From: Candidatus Micrarchaeota archaeon
Lineage (GTDB): Archaea > Micrarchaeota > Micrarchaeia > Micrarchaeales > CABMGC01
Assembly: GCA_021803945.1 (NCBI GenBank)
Contig: JAJZKW010000001.1
Coordinates: 77,127 to 141,126 of the forward strand
Length of the DNA: 64,000 nt
Direction: 5' to 3'
Within the stretch, counting starts at the first letter, position 1; every line of letters starts with the position of its first letter. The notes beneath the pieces are model-generated. The model did not search any database. It was not told the origin of the DNA and saw only the letters and a list, made by a program, of their open reading frames with translations. The translations under genes were made by a program, and so were the position numbers. This document shows, one piece after another, positions 33,356-42,699 of this stretch.

Positions 33356-33823
33356 TCATTTCGCGTTTTTTATGTAAACTAATGCCTCCCCTGCTCTATC
33401 CGCATTTGGTGGTATGCCAAATTCTTTTGTCACATTGATTATTCTAGTAATTGTAGGTTCCTGTCCCACAGCCAATAGGTAATAATACGCATATATGTAC
33501 ATCAGGTGGCTAGTTATCCCCGTTTTAAGAAGCGCTTCGATATGGGCTGGATTCGGCGTCATCCCAATCGAATTTATGGCCTTAGTCAAATTATCCTCGG
33601 TTATTTCCCTTCCGGCAAAGCTGAGGAATCCTGCTGCGTATACATACGGCATCAGCCCCTGAGCGAAAACCTCCCTTATATGATCCGTTTCCATAAACTT
33701 CTTGAAACCGGCAATCATCACCACCTTGGTAGTCGATGTGAGCGCAGTAACAATAGCGTCTATCGTTTCTGACAAAACTTCTTCGGCATCAAGCTCGTTC
33801 TTGGGCACATTGTCATTCAACAA
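33356..33823 (-). CDS. Protein with two tandem ribosomal stalk P1 (L12P) N-terminal-like domains, lacking the acidic tail
   Basis: 155-aa ORF. MPYVYAAGFLSFAGREITEDNLTKAINSIGMTPNPAHIEALL aligns with archaeal P1 [41 protein letters not shown]. A weaker second copy is YIYAYYYLLAVGQEPTITRIINVTKEFGIPPNADRAGEAL. Confidence 0.5.
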   Translation of the reverse strand: MLNDNVPKNELDAEEVLSETIDAIVTALTSTTKVVMIAGFKKFMETDHIREVFAQGLMPYVYAAGFLSFAGREITEDNLTKAINSIGMTPNPAHIEALLKTGITSHLMYIYAYYYLLAVGQEPTITRIINVTKEFGIPPNADRAGEALVYIKNAK

Positions 33824-33921
33824 ATCACCAATAATTAATTACTATAAGAAAGCCAGCATCTTTAATATCTTTGCCATTGTCATTTTCATAAAGGGCCTCG
33901 CTTTGGCAAAAAGGTTTTTTT

Positions 33922-34602
33922 ATGAAAATAATAGCCCATAGGGGAAATCACGCCGCTGCAGGAGAGAACACCTTAAAGAGCTTTAGCAATGCGCTGAGAG
34001 CAGGCGTTGACGGAATAGAACTCGATGTGCAGTTGACTCTTGACAGGATCCCCGTAGTGATACATGATGCTAGGGTTAACAGGACAACGAACGGAAGAGG
34101 ATTGGTATCAAGAACCAGCTTCAGGGAGCTGGAAACGCTAGATGCCGGAAATGGGGAGCATATACCCAGCCTCTTTCAAGCGCTTAGCCTTATCGGTAGC
34201 AAGGCGCATGCGTATATAGAGTTGAAGAACGGGGTGGGAGGAAACGAGTTATTTGTGGCTCAGAGCGTTCTGGATGCGAAGCAAATAGAGACAGTTACGT
34301 TTATCTCATTCGATCATAGCGCAATAGACAGGATAAAAGATCTCGGATTGAAATGCACGCTAGGATATAGTTACGGATTTTTTATTCCTGACTTAAATGA
34401 GCTAAATAATATTGAGGTAATAGTTCCAAGGCATAATTTTGTGACCAAGAATCTCGTATCCATAGCCCATAGCCGTGGGATTGAAGTGATAGCGTGGACT
34501 GTTGATGATGTTAGAAAAGCCGTCAAGCTTGAAAAGATGGGGGTTGACGGAATAATCACGAATCATTCAGAAAGGATGATAAATGCCCTTCGCCGGCTAT
34601 AA
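33922..34602 (+). CDS. Glycerophosphodiester phosphodiesterase (GDPD family)
   Basis: 226-aa ORF. IAHRGN...ENTLKSF..A...GVDGIELDVQLTLDRIPVVIHD...TNG motifs. Confidence 0.8.
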   Translation: MKIIAHRGNHAAAGENTLKSFSNALRAGVDGIELDVQLTLDRIPVVIHDARVNRTTNGRGLVSRTSFRELETLDAGNGEHIPSLFQALSLIGSKAHAYIELKNGVGGNELFVAQSVLDAKQIETVTFISFDHSAIDRIKDLGLKCTLGYSYGFFIPDLNELNNIEVIVPRHNFVTKNLVSIAHSRGIEVIAWTVDDVRKAVKLEKMGVDGIITNHSERMINALRRL

Positions 34603-34676
34603 TTATCCATGCTCAAACATTTAAAAGCCAAGGCGCGAAGGAATGTGTATTATTGCACATATGCCTAATTTTAGCA

Positions 34677-35909
34677 CTAAAGCCTGAGCCTGTCTTTTAG
34701 GATTTTTATGAAATCCTTGATAAAATTCCTGTTCTCGCCGGCGTCTTTTTTGACTTCTGTATCTTGGGACAAAAATCGCAGTAGCTCGGATGTGAACTCC
34801 TCTGGCTTCTCTAGGTGTGGCCCGTGCTCGCATTCAAACTTGACTAATGTGCAGTGCTCAAGCCTTGATGCGGCATCCTCGGCAGAAGAAACCGGGAATA
34901 TTGGGTCTTCAGTCCCATGAACAAGGAGTATCTTTATGTTGGCATCATTTAATTCCGAGAGCCTGTTTAAGTAGATTGTGCTAAAGCCCTTCATCACAGC
35001 CTTATGTTCTTGCCTCTGCCTCAATAGATCAGAAAGGAGGTTGCGCGGCGATGCGCTCAGTTGATCATGTAGGAAATCTAGAAACGCCGGAGGTATTGAG
35101 TCGTCATCAGAGAAATATTCCCTTGCTATATGCACATACTTCTCCGGAAGGTCAGGGTTGCCCGTTATGTCCCTAAGCGCGCTTCTCAGGGCCTTTTCAT
35201 TCCTGCTCAGCACCTTGAGAGCCATCTTGCTCAGTCTTGGAAACGCCGTAAGCGCTCGTATCCAAATCGGCATCTCCATGTCGTGAATCCCGTAACTGTC
35301 TATGAGTACTAGTTTGTTTACGCGAGAGGGGTTGTCCAATGCAAATCCTATGGATATCCCTCCTCCCATCGAATTTCCGACTACATCAGCCTTGGAAATG
35401 GACAAAGAATCCATGAATTTTCCTACAAAGTCTTTTACATAATACCTCAAAGTGCACGGGACGCCGGGCCTTGCCGTATTTCCGTATCCGGGCAGATCCG
35501 GGGCTATTACATGATACTTTTCTGCCAGGGCTAGTATCTGGTATTTCCATGTTTTGTATGCGCTGGAATTTCCGCCGCCGTGTATGAGAAGTACGGTCTC
35601 TTTATTCTGCATTCCAGATTCAAGGTAGAATACGTTTAGCCCATTGACTTTTGCATGCATCTCCCTTACTCCATTTAATAAGAGGAACCCTCTCGTCTGG
35701 AATTCGCTAAGGCTATGGCCCAGCTTTTCTTCGGTATTCTTTAACAACGATGCAGGCCCTATCTTGTATGCATGTTCACCTGAAGCTCCTGCTTCGTTCC
35801 TATGCCGACCTGCAGCGTATTTCATGTAATCAGGCGAATTGTATGGCTGAGACGACAGAGCACCTACAAAGCCGAGGTGACTATCTAGCATCATCCCATC
35901 CTTTCCCAT
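34677..35909 (-). CDS. Alpha/beta-fold hydrolase with large lid insertion
   Basis: 410-aa ORF. VLLIHGGGNS oxyanion region, nucleophile elbow GNSMGG, late HGTEDP and CEHGPHLEKPEEF. The N-terminal ~75 aa may not be translated. Confidence 0.7.
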   Translation of the reverse strand: MGKDGMMLDSHLGFVGALSSQPYNSPDYMKYAAGRHRNEAGASGEHAYKIGPASLLKNTEEKLGHSLSEFQTRGFLLLNGVREMHAKVNGLNVFYLESGMQNKETVLLIHGGGNSSAYKTWKYQILALAEKYHVIAPDLPGYGNTARPGVPCTLRYYVKDFVGKFMDSLSISKADVVGNSMGGGISIGFALDNPSRVNKLVLIDSYGIHDMEMPIWIRALTAFPRLSKMALKVLSRNEKALRSALRDITGNPDLPEKYVHIAREYFSDDDSIPPAFLDFLHDQLSASPRNLLSDLLRQRQEHKAVMKGFSTIYLNRLSELNDANIKILLVHGTEDPIFPVSSAEDAASRLEHCTLVKFECEHGPHLEKPEEFTSELLRFLSQDTEVKKDAGENRNFIKDFIKILKDRLRL

Positions 35910-36009
35910 TTTCCAATGAATTAGATATATTTAATGGTATAAATATTCTTTCTCTAACTTTTTGCAGGCATTTTGCTAGGCCTGCATCGCTCACAAAATC
36001 AGTTATGCT

Positions 36010-36744
36010 CTACTTTATTTTAACGCGGTATCCTGGTATTATTTTTGGCACTATCCCGCTCATATATGGCTTTTTGCATAGCTCATCTGCCCTCTTTCGT
36101 TCCAATTCGGATGACGGTATGAAAACAATGGATTTTTTTCCCATCACTTTCACTGCCAACTCGAGGGAAGGACTTACCTCTTCGACAGTCGTTGCCATTA
36201 TTACATATGCATTGCCCTTGCTCACTCCGGATAACTTTGCAATTTCATTGTCTTTATCAGGCAATTCGCCCATAACTACTATCACAGTATCAGCATGCAG
36301 CCCGGTTGGCACAGAAGCAAGGAGTACGTTCACCTGCACATCCTCCCGCCCTAACCTCTTGAGTATCCCTCTGGCCTGGCTCTCCTGAAGATCTCTATTG
36401 AATTCCTCCATCCTTTCCATCGTTTGCCTGTCTGTCAATGCTCCTTCAAATCCATGCCCTCTAAAATACTTCACGAACTTCTCCTCGAACAATGCCAATG
36501 ATTCCGTGCTGATACTCAGATCCTTGCCTGCGAGTATGGTAGCAGCAGCCTTGATCCCGCCGCAGTCCCTATGCACAGTTATATCCAATGCTGTTGTCTC
36601 CGGATGTTGCGCAAATAACATTTCTATTTCTTTTCGCAGTGCCATGGTTGCCCCTCCGGCGTTCCTGCAATCAAATGGCCCAGGGAGCCTGAAGTCCATG
36701 CATCCCAAATATATGGTTCTTTCGCTTTTATCTTGCGTTGACAT
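36010..36744 (-). CDS. Beta-class (Cab-type) carbonic anhydrase-like domain protein with ~120-aa C-terminal extension
   Basis: 244-aa ORF. GCMDFRL ... RNAGG ... VHRDCGG reproduces the CxDxR / NAGG / HxDCG zinc-site pattern of Cab-type beta-CAs. The C-terminal half is unassigned. Confidence 0.45.
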   Translation of the reverse strand: MSTQDKSERTIYLGCMDFRLPGPFDCRNAGGATMALRKEIEMLFAQHPETTALDITVHRDCGGIKAAATILAGKDLSISTESLALFEEKFVKYFRGHGFEGALTDRQTMERMEEFNRDLQESQARGILKRLGREDVQVNVLLASVPTGLHADTVIVVMGELPDKDNEIAKLSGVSKGNAYVIMATTVEEVSPSLELAVKVMGKKSIVFIPSSELERKRADELCKKPYMSGIVPKIIPGYRVKIK

Positions 36745-36795
36745 AGCTCCACCCTTCTAAATACATATAATACGGCTATTTGTGATATAAATACA

Positions 36796-38097
36796 TTATG
36801 GCTCGAGCCTGTTCGACATCCTTGGGAATGGTATTGCATCCCTGATGTGGTCCAGATTGAGCATCCACTTTATCACTCTTTCTATGCCCATCCCGAAGCC
36901 TGAGTGGGGCACAGAGCCATACTTCCTAAGTTCGATCCACCAATTATAGTTATTCATGTTGAATTTTATCCCCTTTGCCTGTTCCACTTCATGCATCCTT
37001 TCCATAAGCTCATCATATCTCCATATCCTTTCGCTCCCTCCTATTATCTCCCCATGACCCTTTGGCGCCTGCAGGTCTGCGCACAGGACGGTCCTTTCAT
37101 CCCTTGGGTTTATCGGCATATAGAATGGCTTTATCTCCTTCGGCCAGTTATATATGAACATGGGCTTTTCTTCCGCCTCAGTAAGAGCCTTTTCCTCTTC
37201 CACTCCCAGGTCATCTCCCCACTTGAGCTTTAAGCCCTTATCATTCAGGATTGATAGAGCTTCCTCGTAGCTTACCCTCTTGAACGGTGGCCTTATCTTC
37301 AGTAGGTCGTCCTTGTCCGCTCCGAGCGATTTCAATATGTCATCGTTCCTGGATGCGAGCCTCTCTGCTATGTGTGATATGAGCTTCTCTTGGATAGCCA
37401 TGCTCTGCTTGTTGTTCAGGTAAAGCATCTCAGGTTCAAGGTGCCAGTACTCGGCTAGGTGCTTGGTCGTCCTGGAGTTCTCCGCCCTGAATGATGGTGC
37501 AAAAGAATACACTCTCTCGAGGGAAAACGCCATGGCTTCAGCATAGAGCTGCGAAGACTCGGTGAGATACGCCTTGCTACCGAAGAAATCCGTCTCGAAG
37601 AGGTTTGCACCAGTCTCTCCTGCCGATTTAGTCAGTATGGGAGGAGTTATCTCAAAGAACCCTTTCTTGTCAAGGAATTCGCGTGCGTATCTGAATATAT
37701 ACGATCTTGCCTTCATTATGTTTATCATCTTCTGGCTTCTCAGCCATAGGTGCCTCTTGTCAAGCAGAAGCTCAGTACTTTGGTACTCTGTAATTGGAAA
37801 CGGTTCCGAGACGTTTATGTTCTTGAATGAGCTTGCCGTAAGCTCATAACCCGTAGGAGACCTCTTGTCCTCCTTGACCGTTCCTTCGACTTCAACGCTT
37901 GATTCCACTGTCGCTTCGCTTGCCATGCGCCAGGATCTTTCGTCCACGCTGTCCTTCTTGATGGCAACCTGCATGATGCCGCTCATGTCTCTGAGCACTA
38001 TGAATATTATGCCTCCGCTCCCCCTCTTTCTATGCACCCATCCAGATAGTGCTATCTCTTTTCCCGGCTTTTTTATCGCGCCTGATATATGCAACAT
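36796..38097 (-). CDS. asnS: Asparaginyl-tRNA synthetase
   Basis: 433-aa ORF. GWVHRKRGSGGIIFIVLRD OB fold; FRAENSRTTKHLAEYWHLEPE; WGDDLGVEEEKALTE; GEIIGGSERI; YGSVPHSGFGMGIERV. Closely colinear with Pyrococcus AsnRS as I recall it. Confidence 0.85.
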   Translation of the reverse strand: MLHISGAIKKPGKEIALSGWVHRKRGSGGIIFIVLRDMSGIMQVAIKKDSVDERSWRMASEATVESSVEVEGTVKEDKRSPTGYELTASSFKNINVSEPFPITEYQSTELLLDKRHLWLRSQKMINIMKARSYIFRYAREFLDKKGFFEITPPILTKSAGETGANLFETDFFGSKAYLTESSQLYAEAMAFSLERVYSFAPSFRAENSRTTKHLAEYWHLEPEMLYLNNKQSMAIQEKLISHIAERLASRNDDILKSLGADKDDLLKIRPPFKRVSYEEALSILNDKGLKLKWGDDLGVEEEKALTEAEEKPMFIYNWPKEIKPFYMPINPRDERTVLCADLQAPKGHGEIIGGSERIWRYDELMERMHEVEQAKGIKFNMNNYNWWIELRKYGSVPHSGFGMGIERVIKWMLNLDHIRDAIPFPRMSNRLEP

Positions 38098-38206
38098 CGT
38101 ACCAAAATGATTATAGCGTATTGAATAATAAGCCTTATCCCCACGGCCAAGCAGGTTTTTCCGATAGCTCTAATAATTTTCTCATGCCTAAGATTAATCG
38201 GGAAAA

Positions 38207-38785
38207 ATGGATGAAAACAGCTCTCTTAAGGCTTACAACAGCATCTATCTTGAGATAATAATGAGGTACAAGGAGCAGATAGAGGACAATGAAGAGCTAT
38301 ATCCTGCCGATCTGCCCAAGCTTGTCACTCCGTCGAATGACAACGTAGCGCTTCTTGCAAAGGAGATAGAGGGCAAGTTCCCAGTATACAACTATGATGA
38401 AAATTTTCCTGAAGCGGCAGCGCTGGCTTACGCGTATGTCAGGGACAGGATAATCCCGATCTCCCTGCCTGTGCAGTTTTGGCTTAAACCCGAACAGACA
38501 ATAATGTACGGTGCCGGGGATATTTTCGACAAGGCTGTGCTCCTATGCAGCCTCCTGATAGCAATGGGCAACGTGGCCTCAAGGGTTGTCGTGGCAGCAA
38601 AGGACACTGACAGGACGTTTATCGTATATTCGGAATTCAAGGATAGGCTGATATCCATGGACCTTGACAACGGGATTAAGGATTACGGAAGTCTGGATGA
38701 CCTCCTGAAGGAGCTTAAAGTGGACAAGGACGACGATACTACTGCATATGAATTCAATGACAAGATGTACAGGGATATAGCATAG
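38207..38785 (+). CDS. Hypothetical protein, possibly transglutaminase-like fold without the catalytic Cys
   Basis: 192-aa track ORF; likely start MRYKEQ at 38261. AYAYVRDRI...YGAGDIFDKAVLLCSLLIAMGNVASRVV resembles the TGase-like core, but the nucleophile position is not Cys. Confidence 0.3.
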   Translation: MDENSSLKAYNSIYLEIIMRYKEQIEDNEELYPADLPKLVTPSNDNVALLAKEIEGKFPVYNYDENFPEAAALAYAYVRDRIIPISLPVQFWLKPEQTIMYGAGDIFDKAVLLCSLLIAMGNVASRVVVAAKDTDRTFIVYSEFKDRLISMDLDNGIKDYGSLDDLLKELKVDKDDDTTAYEFNDKMYRDIA

Positions 38786-38850
38786 CCACAGCAACGAAGT
38801 GCGGGAATGCCACTGAGCGTCCTTAATCTGGGTCTATTGCAGGTGTCCTT

Positions 38851-38973
38851 CTAGCGTCTTCTCCTTTTGCCGCTGTGAAACTTCGCCCTTACTTCCTTTT
38901 TCTTCCTTGAAGCCAGCCTTTTCCTGTATCCATGTCCGACTTTCCTGTGCTTTTTCTTTACGGTTTTTTGCAT
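38851..38973 (-). CDS. Unannotated 40-aa ultra-basic small protein (ribosomal-protein-like; bL34-like HG[FY]RxR[ML] motif)
   Basis: My translation is MQKTVKKKHRKVGHGYRKRLASRKKKEVRAKFHSGKRRRR*. ATG at 38973-38971 and TAG at 38853-38851, both verified. Lies 17 nt downstream of fen on the same strand. Below the ORF-track size cutoff. Confidence 0.45.
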   Translation of the reverse strand: MQKTVKKKHRKVGHGYRKRLASRKKKEVRAKFHSGKRRRR

Positions 38974-38990
38974 ATTATCACTATTTTATT

Positions 38991-40049
38991 TCACAGCCAA
39001 TTATTAATACCGCGCTGGCCCTTCGTTCCCCTCAATTCTAACAGCTTGTCAGAGAACTTCGTTATGCGGTCTTGCGAAAAATCATGCTCGTCGCACATGA
39101 ACTTGATTAAGGACTGCTTGTCCGGCCTGGCCTTCGCGACGAGCTCCTGGAACTCCGGTTTTGCCATGTGTATGGATTCTGGATTCTCGAAGAGCGAGAC
39201 CACCTCGCTCGGGTCTGAATCGAATTCTATCCCATACTTCTCCTTCGCATACCTGACGACTTTATCGACTGTCTTGTACTCCTTGACTATTTTAAGGGCG
39301 GTCTTAGGCCCTACCTTGTCTATTCCTGTATTGAAGTCCGTCCCCATCAAAATACCGAGGAGTATCAGCTGCCTCCTGTCTATGCCGAACTTACCAAGGA
39401 GGTCATTCAGCAATACACGCTCAGGAGTTACATCTATGTAGATGTTCTTGCCAGGCAATTTCCTCCTCCCGCTTATCGTCAGGTTCCTTATAACAACCTC
39501 TGCGCCGAAAAGGAATGAATCGTAGTCCTGGCTTGCGCTTGCATAGACCAGCCCATCGCTAACCATCGTCGCGGCCTGCGCCTCGCCTTCGCTTGGTGCC
39601 TGGATGAACGGTATACCAATATACTTAAGGAGCTCCTTTGCGCTTTCTATCACTTCTGAATTGATTTTTGTGCTTGCCATGGCATGGCTCCTTGCTTCTT
39701 CGATCTGGCCTTCTCTGAGCGCCTTGTCCCAATCCTTCATAGCCTGCATTCTCCTGTTTGACCTTGCCTCAAGCGTCCTTCTCTTCAGGAGCGGAGGGAT
39801 GCCGTCAAAGACATAAACCGGAGTTATGTTGTATTCCAGCAGGTTTACAGTCCTGTAGAGTATCCCTGAAAGGTGGCTTGTTACCCTGTTCTTTGAGTCC
39901 ACAAGTGGGCTGCCGTCAGGCTGCCTTATTATAGACAGGAATTGGTATATTGTGTTAAACGCGTCTACAGCTATGACCTTGCCCGATATGTCCTCGAAGT
40001 CTATCTTTCTCCTAACTTCCGAAACAAGTTTTCCCAGAGATACGGCCAC
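38991..40049 (-). CDS. fen: Flap endonuclease 1
   Basis: 352-aa ORF. VIAVDAFNTIYQFLS...SHLSGILYRTVNLLEYNITPVYVFDG...QAPSEGEAQAA...SQDYDSFLFG, with an H3TH region. Confidence 0.9.
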   Translation of the reverse strand: MAVSLGKLVSEVRRKIDFEDISGKVIAVDAFNTIYQFLSIIRQPDGSPLVDSKNRVTSHLSGILYRTVNLLEYNITPVYVFDGIPPLLKRRTLEARSNRRMQAMKDWDKALREGQIEEARSHAMASTKINSEVIESAKELLKYIGIPFIQAPSEGEAQAATMVSDGLVYASASQDYDSFLFGAEVVIRNLTISGRRKLPGKNIYIDVTPERVLLNDLLGKFGIDRRQLILLGILMGTDFNTGIDKVGPKTALKIVKEYKTVDKVVRYAKEKYGIEFDSDPSEVVSLFENPESIHMAKPEFQELVAKARPDKQSLIKFMCDEHDFSQDRITKFSDKLLELRGTKGQRGINNWL

Positions 40050-40517
40050 CTAATTACCTTTCCCCCTTTTATCCTTGATTATCACGGAATCTCCGAAGGT
40101 TATCCCGCTGGCCTTTTGGGACGAAAAGAGTTTCTTATCTGAAGTCTCGGTGACCAGGAGTTTTACATTAAGGGCTTTTTCCAGCTTCTTTGCAAGCCTG
40201 TCATCCGGCAGCGCATCCCCTTTCTCTACCCTTACAAGCGTGCTCTCCTTCTCGTTTATTCGCTCTGCGAGGACCTTTGCCGGCAGGCCCAGAGATTCCC
40301 TTGCACGTCTTATTATCCTCCCGTAGTCCTCGACAACGCCTACGGCGTCTCTCTGCGGCATATTGCGCAGCTTGGGCTCTGGTTTTGCCTTGTCTGAGAA
40401 CGTCTGTAATATATCGTTTCCGGCTGAGCAAGACCTGCATACGGTCATCTGTGCACCTTCAATATCAACAAGGTACAATTCGTCCGATTTCCTTCCGCAC
40501 ACTTCGCATTCTTCCAT
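40050..40517 (-). CDS. Archaeal multiprotein-bridging factor 1 (Zn-ribbon + HTH)
   Basis: 155-aa ORF. N-terminal CEVCGR...CRSC zinc ribbon and a C-terminal XRE-type HTH (IRRARESLGLPAKVLAERINEKESTLVRVEKG). Its stop abuts the fen start. Confidence 0.8.
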   Translation of the reverse strand: MEECEVCGRKSDELYLVDIEGAQMTVCRSCSAGNDILQTFSDKAKPEPKLRNMPQRDAVGVVEDYGRIIRRARESLGLPAKVLAERINEKESTLVRVEKGDALPDDRLAKKLEKALNVKLLVTETSDKKLFSSQKASGITFGDSVIIKDKRGKGN

Positions 40518-40600
40518 ACAATCCAGCTTTTAGGTGCAAACATCCCCTCCATGGTCTTGATTTTGATGCAATAGAGAGCATTGAGATATTGCACACCTTA

Positions 40601-40610
40601 TTTATATATA
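40601..40610 (+). promoter_or_regulatory. TATA box candidate for the M50 protease gene
   Basis: tttatatata is centred ~28 nt upstream of the ATG at 40633, a leaderless-type spacing. Confidence 0.4.
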
Positions 40611-40632
40611 GCTTTTGTGGCAATATATCCTC

Positions 40633-42180
40633 ATGAAAGATGCGCCTAGTGCAGATAATGCAAAAAAAGCAAGAAATTACGCCTCTGTGGCGCTATTTGT
40701 ATTATTTTTCACGATAATAGCAAATCTCTACTATACTGGAGGCCCGATATATTACAGGGTAGCTGCTTCTTTGGCTGTCATAATAATCGCTGGAGAGCTT
40801 ATTCTCAGGATAAATAACTTCCCCAGGATCCTTTCCGGAGTGTACATGGCAAAGAGCCAGCTCGGCATCAAGCTTATGGAAAAACTGGCAGGGAAGAGGC
40901 AATGGCTGTGGAACGGGATGGCCGACTGGGGGCTTGTCATGGGTTTTGGCCTGCTGTCTCTCGTTATATTCAAGAAGGATATCAGCAGGAGGGCGATAGC
41001 CTTCGGGACATTGTCAATGCTGTTCATATTGATAGTCGTGCTTCCATATTCGAGCCTTTCGTTTGCTTTCATAAACATACCTCATGTGACGTCCAGGATT
41101 CAAAGCGGCACTGCAGCCGCCGGGGCTTCCCAGCCAAATCTCGTTGTATATGTAATATACGCAATTGCGGCCCTTGGCGGTTTTGTGCTATATACCATAG
41201 CATTGTTGGGATACAATGCCGCCCTGATACTGTACGGTATAGCTGTAGCGCTGTTCACAACCATCACATCAGTCCCGAACTATGCCGGGCTGAACAGCAG
41301 CGTGCCAGGAGTCGCACCGCTCCTTCCAGGGATAACCATACCTTTCTTTGCAGGTATACTGTCTCTCGCATTGATCCTATCTATTCATGAATTTTCCCAT
41401 GGCATCCTGGCCAGGATAGCCAAGATAAGGCTGCTGTCCTCAGGTCTTCTCATGCTGGGCATAATCCCCATAGGCGGATTCGTAGAGCCTGATGAAAAAA
41501 AGATAAAAAAGCTCGGTGCAAAGCTGCAAAACAGGATCTCTGCGGCCGGGGTCGCATCCAATATGCTGCTCTCAGTCATAATGCTTGTCCCGATGCTTCT
41601 CATGTTTTTCTACGTGATGCCGCATTTCTACCACAGCTACCTGTTTGTCTCTGCCACTGAAAAGGGCTCGGCTGCGAGCGTACTCGCAGTCAATTCTACC
41701 ATATTGATGTGGAACGGACATAACGTCAGCAACATAACAGAGCTGCAAGCCGCAGCCAAGCAGGACGCCGCATACTCGAACGTATCAGTAGTTACCACGA
41801 GCGGAAGCTATGTCATGAAGGCGAATGCCACAGGAAAGATAGGGGTATTCATAGGCGAGGCGCAATCGCTCGGAGGAGGAATGCTGGGAGGAGCGGCATC
41901 CTTCTTTTACACCTTCTTCTCCCTCACTTTCCTCCTGAGCTTCCTTATAGCGCTAGTCAACTATCTTCCTGTGCCAAGCTTTGATGGCTGGAGGATATTC
42001 ACTACAAGCATAAAGAGAAAGGGATATACCTTGGCAACCACTTCTTTTATAGTAGTTGCACTCTACATAAACCTTCTTCCATGGGTCTGGATAATCCCTA
42101 ACCTCGGGATACCGGCGGCGATACTTGGGGCCGTGGCCGTAGCCGGGATACTTAACTGGCTCTGGAAATGGAGTAGATAG
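40633..42180 (+). CDS. Site-2 protease family (M50) intramembrane metalloprotease with PDZ-like insert
   Basis: HEFSHGILA (HExxH) and LVNYLPVPSFDGWRI (NxxPxxxxDG) motifs, with multiple TM helices. The track ORF begins at TTG 40615; I prefer the ATG at 40633. Confidence 0.8.
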   Translation: MKDAPSADNAKKARNYASVALFVLFFTIIANLYYTGGPIYYRVAASLAVIIIAGELILRINNFPRILSGVYMAKSQLGIKLMEKLAGKRQWLWNGMADWGLVMGFGLLSLVIFKKDISRRAIAFGTLSMLFILIVVLPYSSLSFAFINIPHVTSRIQSGTAAAGASQPNLVVYVIYAIAALGGFVLYTIALLGYNAALILYGIAVALFTTITSVPNYAGLNSSVPGVAPLLPGITIPFFAGILSLALILSIHEFSHGILARIAKIRLLSSGLLMLGIIPIGGFVEPDEKKIKKLGAKLQNRISAAGVASNMLLSVIMLVPMLLMFFYVMPHFYHSYLFVSATEKGSAASVLAVNSTILMWNGHNVSNITELQAAAKQDAAYSNVSVVTTSGSYVMKANATGKIGVFIGEAQSLGGGMLGGAASFFYTFFSLTFLLSFLIALVNYLPVPSFDGWRIFTTSIKRKGYTLATTSFIVVALYINLLPWVWIIPNLGIPAAILGAVAVAGILNWLWKWSR

Positions 42181-42687
42181 CTACCACGGGACATCCTTCA
42201 GCCGTAGCCTGTATGCCACCTTGTTTGTAAACCTGTGCATCAGCCATGTGAGCAGGAATATGAATACGATACCGTATATCGCAGGAGTGTTGCCAAGGGG
42301 CATGGAGAATATGAATGCAAATATGAGGAATAGGTACTGATCCAGCAGCTCTGCCTTGTGGCCTTCTTTTGAGCCTTGCTGCCTCTTTATGAAACTGCCG
42401 AGCAGATCTCCAAAATGCGTGCCGAATGATTGCGCTATCCCTATATAGAGCATGAACCCCAAACCCGGCATGGCGGACTCGATGGCGCCTACAATGATAC
42501 CGGACGATATCCCGGAAACAAGTCCCTTTACCGTCTTGTGCTTACCGAATATGGGCTTTTTGTTGAACTTCTTATTCATGTCTATCGGGATTCCCCCGCC
42601 GAATACCACTGGGGCCCCGTTTGCTGCATATGCTGGCAGTATGAACAGGATAGGATATACCACGATAATGTACAGGAGACTGTCCAT
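42181..42687 (-). CDS. carS: CDP-archaeol synthase
   Basis: 168-aa ORF. LPAYAANGAPVVFGGGIPIDMN...GKHKTVKGLVSG matches the CarS (DUF46) signature. Convergent with the M50 gene, with a zero-nt gap. Confidence 0.8.
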   Translation of the reverse strand: MDSLLYIIVVYPILFILPAYAANGAPVVFGGGIPIDMNKKFNKKPIFGKHKTVKGLVSGISSGIIVGAIESAMPGLGFMLYIGIAQSFGTHFGDLLGSFIKRQQGSKEGHKAELLDQYLFLIFAFIFSMPLGNTPAIYGIVFIFLLTWLMHRFTNKVAYRLRLKDVPW

Positions 42688-42699
42688 AGAAACACCGGA

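Noticed and set aside
33356-33823. Calling this ORF the genuine ribosomal stalk protein P1 (rpl12p)
   Set aside because: It lacks the hinge and the conserved acidic C-terminal tail, has a 50-aa N-terminal extension and a duplicated domain, and is not in an L10/L12 context. I report it as a P1-like paralog instead.
35750-36388. 212-aa plus-strand ORF
   Set aside because: It spans the ends of two convergently supported minus-strand genes (the hydrolase and the beta-CA-like gene) in antisense. It is a shadow ORF.
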